Part shown: positions 35,755 to 43,725 of the stretch, in pieces
How positions within the stretch are numbered: the first letter of the stretch is position 1
Layout: every line of letters begins with the position of its first letter
Origin: Octopus bimaculoides
Lineage: Eukaryota
DNA: 43,725 nucleotides
Assembly: GCF_001194135.2 (NCBI RefSeq)
Contig: NC_069008.1
Span: 7,699,572 to 7,743,296, forward strand
Reading direction: 5' to 3'
Made by a program: the position numbers and the translations under genes
Notes under the pieces: model-generated
Seen by the model: the letters and a program-made list of their open reading frames with translations, nothing else
Told to the model about the DNA's origin: nothing
Databases searched by the model: none

Positions 35755-36655
35755 CGAAAAGTGATGTTTTGTTTTTACCCCACCCCTCCCCGACTTCCAT
35801 CATCCCCTCTTTGGACCGATTTTGGTCGATTTTGTGGGCACTACGCTCTTAAAAACTATAGGAGAAACCTTTTCGGTAAAAAAAAGTAAATATTTTCAGA
35901 CGAAAAGGGGTGTGATTTAAGGGAGATTTGGTTGTTGTTTCTAGTATATGTCATGATCGGTATGGTTTAGAGTTGATAAAAATCATAAATTTTCAAAAAA
36001 GTATTTTTAATACCGTAAATGAATTTATGAGGAGAAAATATCGAAAAACATCATAACCGCAGGTGTGGCTGTGTGGTAAGAAGCTTGCTTCCCATCCACA
36101 TGGTTCCGGGTTCAGTCCCACTGCGTGGCACCTTGGGCAAATGTCTTCTATAGCCTTGGACCGATTAAAGCCTTGTGAGTGGATTTGGTAGACGAAAACT
36201 GAAAGAATCCTGTCGTATATATAAATATATATGTATATATATATATGTGTGTATTTGTGCATGTTTGTACCCCCACCATCGTTTGATAACCGATGTTGGT
36301 GTGTTTACCCCCCCCCCCGTAACTTAACGGTTCGACAAAAGGAACTGATAGATTAAGTACAATGAATAAGTCCTGGGGTCGATTCGTTTCGCCTTTAGCA
36401 TGGCCGCAGTCAAATGACAGAAAAAATAAAAGAATACTTGTGAGAGTCAGAAAGAAACGAAGTTGGTCATGGCATATGCTAGAAACAACAGCCAAATCTC
36501 CCTTTCCGTCTGAAAATATTTCCTTTCTTTTTTCACCGAAGTCTTCTATAGTTTTTAAGTGCGTAGTGCCCCCCCCAAATCATCGTGTGTGATTCCCCCA
36601 AATGGACCAAAATCGGTCGGGGTGGGGTAGATAAAAAAAACCCATCATTTTTCTC
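35755..36655. repeat. About 200-bp inverted arms (35755-35957 and 36463-36655) around a family B SINE
   Basis: GGCACTACGCTCTTAAAAACTATAG..AAATATTTTCAGACG..GGGAGATTTGGTTGTTGTTTCTAG and its reverse complement. Confidence 0.75.
36058..36437 (+). mobile_element. SINE family B
   Basis: CGCAGGTGTGGCTGTGTGGTAAGAAGCTTGC..GGCACCTTGGGCAAATGTC..CATGGCCGCAGTCAAATGAC. Confidence 0.88.
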
Positions 36656-36724
36656 AAAATATCAATCCATAACATGAATTCCTACTTTTAGACTGTCCAC
36701 AATAACTCAGTAATTATGTAACAG

Positions 36725-37050
36725 GTAAAAGATACCCATGATGGTGACACATAAATGGCACCTGTGCCAGTGACGTGTAAGGGGTACCCATGCCAGTGAT
36801 ACATGAAAGGCACCTGTGCCAGTGACATGTGAAAAGCACCCGTGCTTGGTGACACATGAAAAGCACCTGTGCTGGTGTCATGTGAAAAGTACCCACTACA
36901 CTCTTGGAGTGGTTGGTGTTAGGAAGGGCATTCAGCCATAGAAACCAAACCGAAGTCAGACTGGAGCCTGGTACAGCTCTCTGGTTTTCCAGTTCCAGTC
37001 AAACCATCTAACCTAAGCCAGCATAGAAAATGGATACTAAATGATGATTT
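36725..37050 (+). mobile_element. SINE family A with about six tandem ~26-bp units
   Basis: Units of the type TGTGCCAGTGACATGTGAAAAGCACC, then CACTACACTCTTGGAGTGGTTGG and the family A tail. Confidence 0.8.
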
Positions 37051-37118
37051 AGACAAGACCTGACTAATTACTGACTCTCCACAGATATGAAGTTCAGTCC
37101 TTAATGGTGCAGTGTTAC

Positions 37119-37174
37119 GATAGTGCTATAGATAGTGCTATAGATGCTATAGATAGTGCTATAGATGCTATAGA
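37119..37174. repeat. Short tandem repeat (GATAGTGCTATA / GATGCTATA)
   Basis: Direct reading. Confidence 0.85.
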
Positions 37175-37201
37175 CCTCAGTTCTAAAAAATATTTCAATA
37201 A

Positions 37202-39400
37202 CACTGGTCAGAAAAATAAATATTTTATTCTCTGGCATAAAATCTTACAGCTGTTTCAGACTAAGTTTTGGGTGCTGATTCCAAAACTGATTTCAGAGTT
37301 GCTCTATCACATCACATCACATTTTTGTGGCATCGGTATGTACCTTTATTTACCTGGATCATACCAAAAGTTAACTTTACACCACTATTGGTGGGAATTT
37401 TGGCTGGATTGTCATGCTACTTTTGAACAATATATTCAAGCTGAGTTTTGCTTTAAAACCCTTTCTCTTTCCAGGTGTAAACTGCACCACTGTGATCTAG
37501 TTACAGATACAACATCAAAAGGAAAGAAGTGTTGTAATGATCCCTATATTATCTGTTACATCTGTGGAAACTTCACTCCACAGGTTCAAAGGCACAACAT
37601 TAATAGCTTTGTCAAGGTGTATCTTTGCTTATTTTAAAGTAGTACTTGGAGACCATGACAAAACCTGGGCTTCCCACAAAATTTGCAAAACCTGTGTTGA
37701 AACTTTGCAATCATGGTCCCAGGGAAAGAATGCGAAGCTCATTTGGTGTGTCAGTGGTTTGGAGAGAACCAACAAACCATGTGGACAAATGCTACTTCTG
37801 CCTTGTTAATGTAAAAGGGTTCAATACAAAAACCAAATGCCACTTGCAATACCCAAATATCTCATCTGCCCAATAACCAGTTGCGCACTATGCGCCTGTA
37901 TTTATTGAGCTTCCACAGATTGGTGATGAAGTCCTCAATTTACCTACTACTAATGAAGATGAACAGTTTATGCCATCTGATACAGACTGGTAACTTTTTT
38001 CTGTGTTTATTCAGTCTGAATTGATTGATTTGGTCAGGGATTTGTATTTGCCAAAGCAGTCTGCTGAAACCTGGCACTTGTGTCTCCATTTATTGTAACA
38101 GACAAACAGAACTGGAAGCACTTCCAGTCAGATGATCAGCTTGTTTATTGTAATGATGTTGAAGGGATTCTTCTCAATATGGGACTACCGGCATATGATT
38201 CACATGAATGGAGACATTTTATTGACAGCTCCAAAAGCAGCTTGAAATGTGTTTTACTTCACAATGGGAATTCGTATGGCTCAATCCCAGTAGAACACTA
38301 TAAAAATGAAAGAGGAGTATGCCAACATCAAGATTGTTCTGGATAGGTTGCAATATCGTGTTCATGGACGGGTAATTTGTGTCAATTTGGAAATGGTAAA
38401 TCTTCTACTGGGCCAGCCAGGAGGTTACACTAAGTACCCTTGTTTCCTGTGCTACTGGGACGGTAGAGATACAAAATGTCACTGGGAGAAAAAAAGAATG
38501 GTCCCCATAAAACAATTTGATGCTGGGTGACAAGAACATCTTTAATGATCCTTTGGTTGATAGGAAAAACATCGTCTTCCCTCCATTGCACATAAAACTT
38601 GGTGTGATGAAGCAATTCATCAAAGCTCTTGATCACAGTGGAGACTGCTTCAGATGTATATGTACAACCTTTCCAGAAGAAGTATTTGATGGACCTCAGA
38701 TAAGAACACTCCTCAGGGATCTCTTATTTTGTTACAACAATGAGTGCAGTGGTAGTTAGAGCTTGGAATGCCTTTTCTGATGTGTTGCGGAATTTCCTTG
38801 GGAACAGGAAAGTTGACAACTGTCAAGAGATTATGGAGAAGCTGCTCTGGAGTTTGAAAGCACTTGGATGTAGAATGGTGAGTTTCCAGAGAAGCTGAGT
38901 GATGTTAATGAAGAACAAGGTGAACACTTTCATCAAGATGTAAAGGTAATGGAAGAATGCTGCCAAGGCTGATAGGACTCAAACATGATTACTGCTGGAG
39001 TTTGATGAGACACTGCAGAAGCTGTACACAAGAGATTGTCAAAATAAAAATCAAGTTCTTTCATTAATAAGACCATCAGAATGAATTGCCACAATGAATA
39101 GAAATTTTGTATTCGTATTTCGTTATCACCAAGCTTAATTCTTACATGCACAACCTTGTGTTTTGATTTATTAGATTTAAAAAAAAAGACATTGTCTATT
39201 AAAAATTGTATCTATGTATATTTGATTCTTCCTTTATGAGCATTAAATAGTTGTTTCTAGCAAAAGTAAAAGATTGTATATCTCAAGAATGTAATGTGAT
39301 AGTCAAAGTCTGATGTTATATTTGGATTTTTTAGCACCCACCAAATTAGCTAAAAACCATTGATAAACTTTATGCCAGAAAATATGTGTTGACCTAGCTA
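37202..39400 (+). mobile_element. Degenerate, near full-length Chapaev3 (CMC) DNA transposon
   Basis: CCNDPYIICYICG, LGDHDKTWASHKICKTC, VWREPTNHVDKCYFC, WRHFIDSSKSSLKCVLLHNG, GGYTKYPCFLCYWD, PPLHIKLGVMKQFIKAL, FDGPQIR and EEQGEHFHQD. Left end TAA|CACTGG; right end has a degenerate inverted copy of CTGGCATAAA..GGGTGCT. Confidence 0.85.
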
Positions 39401-39964
39401 CAGACATTTTATTTCATCTCTCTGATTCTTCTTATTTTACTGATACATTTTCTGCCTTCCATCTCTATTAATCAACAAAATATTGAAAGCCACTAACTCA
39501 GTTTGTGAAGTTTACAAACCATGTCAATGTATCCAGCAGCTGTTGACATGTATGATGAAGAAATCAAGAGTATTGTATACATTGGTTGGTATTACAGTCA
39601 CTGAGATTTATATCCTGCCATTAAGAGAAATTTGTTTGCAAACAAGACACTAGTTATATTGTCCTTCTCTCTTAAACTTAACTTTAGCCTCCATAGTAGT
39701 ATTACGTGCATCCATAATTTCTGTATAGTTTTAATTATGAATATTGTCAGTTTATCTGAAATATAAGCTGTCAAATTCCTCTCAACCACTCTACCTTCTT
39801 AAGAATACATCATCATTCTATTAGATGTGTTTATGGGGAGAAAAATATTGAAAAATACCAATCAAGGTGCAGGTATTAATATAATGTTTACTTTTGTTTG
39901 ATTTGGTATAAGAGTCATGACCCTTAAAAACAACTTGCTTTTGACCAAAGGACTGTGCAGTTGA

Positions 39965-40167
39965 GGTTGATCTGGAGCTAAATAATGATAGCAACCAATG
40001 ATGAATGATGCTTCTGATGATCAAAGAATGTTATTGTCTATTAATGTTTGCTTAATATATGTAATGTTACATAATATGTAAGTGCAGCTGAGTCTGTAAA
40101 TATGTAGATCCACATACGGTTTTATGATTTAATTTGAATGACAAATTAAAAAGTAAACTATATTCTG
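39965..40167 (+). other. Conserved upstream block of ZNF gene 4 (candidate 5'-UTR exon)
   Basis: GCAACCAATGATGAATGATG..AATGTTACATAATATG..GTCTGTAAATATGTA..AATTAAAAAGTAAACT aligns with the blocks of genes 1 and 2. Confidence 0.55.
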
Positions 40168-41107
40168 GTAAAATTATATATTTATAATTTAAAACTGCTT
40201 GGGTTTGATATACAAAATATATATACATGTTTACATGTAAATAGAAATCAAAGACTGAAAATTTTCAGATGGTGAATATTCAAGTATAAATATATAGTTA
40301 CGTGGCACTCTGTTACGACGACGAGGGTTCTAGTTGATCTAATCAACAGAACAGCCTGCTCGTGAAATTAACGCGCAAGTGGCTGAGTACTCCACAGACA
40401 CGTGTACTTTTAACGTAGTTCTCGGGGAGGTTCAGTGTGACAGTGTGACAAAGCTGGTCCTTTGAAATACAGGTACAACAGAAACAGGAAGAAAGAGTGA
40501 GACAAAGTTGTGGTGAAAGTACAGCAGGGTTTGCTATCACCCCCTGCCGGGGCCTCATGGAGCTTTAGGTGTTTTCGCTCAATAAACACTCACAATGCCT
40601 GGTCTGGGAATCGAAACTGCAATCCTATGACTGCGAGTCCACTGCCCTAACCACTACCTCCACAAATATATAGTTAATTATAGAGCAAAATTACACAGAC
40701 TACAAACAGCAGAGAAAATTAAAAGGGAGAAGGTATGGTGAGACAAATCTGACAGCTTGAATATGCATTGTCAGAAAATTTTCAGTCTTTACTCTCTCTC
40801 TATTTACATGTACATATATTTTGTATATCAAACCCAAGCAGTTTTATTTGTTTATTCACATAATTGTCTCCATATTTACTCGCTTGGATTCCTCTTATAG
40901 CCATTCTTTACCCTGTAGATTTGGACCCTGGTAAAATCTTCAGAATGTAAGTTCAAATCATTAGAGCGCTACTAAGTGTTTCCTATCTTGAGAATCTCTA
41001 GATCTCATCTGTTGACTCAGTCCATAATTTTTCATTACAGATATATAGTAAAATTTCTGCAGTTTTATTTCAATTTTTAAAAATTTATATTGTTTCTGTT
41101 ATTTCAG
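40168..41107 (+). other. Predicted 5'-UTR intron of ZNF gene 4
   Basis: Donor CTG|GTAAAA and acceptor TTTCTGTTATTTCAG ending at 41107, followed by ATGACATTGG as in gene 1. Confidence 0.55.
40301..40663 (-). mobile_element. SINE family D
   Basis: Paralog of 12027-12413; 13-bp TSD AAATATATAGTTA at 40288-40300 and 40664-40676. Confidence 0.9.
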
Positions 41108-41416
41108 ATGACATTGGAATTAAAGACTGTTGCTACCTTGGATACATTTTCAACATTTACCATGTTTAAAGTGTAAAGGATGTTGATATACAAAACAGAT
41201 ACAGTCCTGTTTATATAAACCTAAATATTTCTATTTCTCAGAAAAATTATTGAATTTCTCTGCTTTATTGCCTCTAATGTGTACAAGATCATTTTGCATG
41301 CAGCATCTTTAGATATTGACTAAGGTCACAGTTGATGAAAAATATAGCAGAAGTATTTGTGAAGAATAAAATATAAAAAAGAAAATGGTGTATGCATATG
41401 GTGGTGAGAGAAAAAT

Positions 41417-42535
41417 ATGATGGAAAATGAATTATGTGAGAATGATATGAAATGTAAAAAACATTCTAAAGAGATTGATTTCACTGATGGTATGCCAAAA
41501 AATATAGGAAATACACCATACTCATGTAATATCTGTAAAAAATCATTCTCTCAGAAAAGTAATCTCACTACACACAAACGAATCCATACAGGAGAGAAGC
41601 CATATCACTGTAACATCTGTGGGAAAGCATTTGCTGGAAGTAGTAATTTAACTACTCACAAACGTGTTCATACAGGAGAGAAACCATACCACTGCAATAT
41701 CTGTGGTAAGACATTCTCTAAAAATGATCACTTAATAACTCACAAACGTATTCATACAGGAGAAACCCCATATTGCTGTGACATCTGTGGTAAATCATTC
41801 TGTTACAGTTATAGCTTAAGTAGCCACAGACATATTCATACTGGATCAAATGTATATCAGTGTGATATCTGTGGGAAATCATTCACTGGGAGTAGTAACT
41901 TAACTGTACACAAACGTATTCATACAGGAGAGAAGCCATACAGGTGTGATATTTGTGGTAAGTCTTTTTCTAAGGGAAGTGCTTTAGCTATCCACAAACG
42001 TACTCATACAGGAGAGAAATCATATTACTGTAACATCTGTGGTAAATCATTCTCTCAAAATGAGCACTTAACTAGACACAAACGTATTCATACAGGAGAA
42101 AAGCCCTATCACTGTGACATCTGTGGGAAAGCATTTTCTCTGTATGATGTCTTGACTACTCATAAACATATTCATACAGGAGACAAACCATATAACTGCG
42201 ATATCTGTGGCAAAACGTTCTCTGCAAGAAGTACTTTAACTATGCACAGATACATTCATACAGGAGAGAAGCCATATCAGTGTGATATCTGTGATAAATC
42301 ATTCTCTCGAAACGATCATTTAACTAAACACAAACATATTCATACAGGAGAGAAACCGTATCACTGTGATGTCTGTGGTAAATCATTCTCTTTGATTAGT
42401 AATCTAAATACTCATAGACGAATTCACACAGGTGAGAAACCATATCGCTGTGATATTTGTAATCAATCATTCTCTCAAAAAGGTGTCTTGATAAGACACA
42501 AACACATTCATACAGCAAAGAATCTATTTAATTGA
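41417..42535 (+). CDS. C2H2 zinc-finger protein, 372 aa, 12 tandem fingers
   Basis: Intact ORF from an ATG (MMENELCEND); decayed finger sequence follows the TGA. Confidence 0.93.
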   Translation: MMENELCENDMKCKKHSKEIDFTDGMPKNIGNTPYSCNICKKSFSQKSNLTTHKRIHTGEKPYHCNICGKAFAGSSNLTTHKRVHTGEKPYHCNICGKTFSKNDHLITHKRIHTGETPYCCDICGKSFCYSYSLSSHRHIHTGSNVYQCDICGKSFTGSSNLTVHKRIHTGEKPYRCDICGKSFSKGSALAIHKRTHTGEKSYYCNICGKSFSQNEHLTRHKRIHTGEKPYHCDICGKAFSLYDVLTTHKHIHTGDKPYNCDICGKTFSARSTLTMHRYIHTGEKPYQCDICDKSFSRNDHLTKHKHIHTGEKPYHCDVCGKSFSLISNLNTHRRIHTGEKPYRCDICNQSFSQKGVLIRHKHIHTAKNLFN

Positions 42536-43364
42536 TATCTATTAGAAATCATTCTCTCAAAACAGACAATTGTATATGTGTATATTGATGCTGACAAATT
42601 TCAAAACCATTAAAGAAATACATAAAAATCTATTCACACAAGACACAAGATATAACTGTTTGAAAGTAATCTCTTTGTACTGTATTTAATTTATTTACAG
42701 GTGGAAGCAAAAATACTACTGATTTATTTGGGAAAATTTATGAAAAATTTATTGTCATATATCAGTGATAACATCATTGTACAATTTTATTGAAATAAAT
42801 TTATGTAATATTTCGTCATTGTTGCATTTAAGTATGATGTATAAAGTTTAGATTTTGTATACATTGTTTCATTGTTGTATGTATCCCGTGGTTAGAATGG
42901 TTCTAATGCTGCAATATGTTGGACTTCTTACATTTTCTTGAGTCTCAGAACCTTGAGTTTTGATTTCGTCACTCATTTTGAATATCTTACAGAAGAAAAG
43001 CGGATCTCTGTGCATAACACCTATGTAATGGGAGTGGGAGCGGGGAGATAACTCCTACTGACCATATCATACGAGATACATTATAAATAGTCTCAGTGAT
43101 AATTGCCATTTTATTTTGCACGGCCAGCCAGAGTACGTAAAGCAAGACAAGAGGTCTACTACATAATTAGAAGGATTCCCAACATTGTTGATGGTGATTT
43201 CTAATTTAACCCTTTGGAGATGGAGCCTCATTTGGAGTTTCAGTGCCAAGAAGACAGCCCTTTTCCCAAGCCCTACAGAGGGCATGCACTAAAAAAAGTA
43301 ATAAAAAACAAAACAAAATAAAATAATTACTTTACAGCTATATAAAACTATATTCTTGTAGGAA

Positions 43365-43725
43365 ATTGGGATCTTTTTTAAAACGGGGGCCACATTTTTC
43401 ATTAACGAAACACTTTGAAACTTGGAACACTGGTAGAATGTGTCATAGAAAACATCTTTTTCTCTTAGTCTTCTTTAAAAAAAAAGAAATCCATAAGTTA
43501 TTCTATGTTAAAGTTGTCGTATTTCTGTAATTTCAACCAATCACTGACGTCCATTCAGCCGATATACATTAAGTGCCGACTTCATAAACAAACGATTCTG
43601 AAGCAAATTTAAAATGAAAAAAGCAAATAAAACGAAGGTATGGAGATTAAATACGCTTTACATCGCTTAATCAGCCAAAGGAGTAAATGTAAACAACTGA
43701 ATACTTGTCAGTGATTGGTTGAAAT
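43365..43725. mobile_element. Probable palindromic MITE truncated by the window edge
   Basis: Perfect 19-bp inverted repeat ATTTCAACCAATCACTGAC at 43530-43548 and 43707-43725; the outer boundary is approximate. Confidence 0.5.

Noticed and set aside
37104-37637. 177-aa ORF with SAIDAID repeats as a novel gene
   Set aside because: It is a chance fusion of a short tandem repeat, the Chapaev3 left end and the start of its transposase.
6786-42535. Specific gene names (e.g. ZNF or gastrula zinc finger labels) or a KRAB domain
   Set aside because: Generic finger similarity gives no orthology, and the N-termini are too short and lack KRAB-A motifs.

Overview
Eukaryotic, AT-rich, repeat-dense DNA, most likely from a coleoid cephalopod of the genus Octopus. 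This is inferred from the [16 protein letters not shown] zinc-finger style and the SINE families; no search was run. The core is a cluster of four paralogous C2H2 zinc-finger genes, each with one coding exon: 6786-8318 (+, 17 fingers), 21686-20118 (-, 17), 33053-32280 (-, 8) and 41417-42535 (+, 12). They have no KRAB, SCAN or BTB domain, only a short shared acidic N-terminal peptide. The genes also share a 5' non-coding block, an intron, a leader and 3'-UTR motifs, so whole genes were duplicated at the DNA level. Between them are degenerate mobile elements: an L1/Tx1-like ORF1 split by a Merlin-like MITE carrying TTAGGG repeats, a mariner remnant, several RTE LINEs (one with a PHD-like insert inside the RT), a CR1 LINE, a CRE-clade restriction-like endonuclease remnant, a near full-length Chapaev3 transposon and at least six SINE families. 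There is no CRISPR array and no intact RNA gene. The most interesting signals are how the finger arrays evolve (helix-only divergence after a 168-bp duplication, a triple identical finger with lengthened linkers, loss of C-terminal fingers) and the possibility of a KRAB-less ZNF versus transposon system, which is a hypothesis only. Repeat boundaries are approximate unless a target-site duplication (TSD) is quoted.
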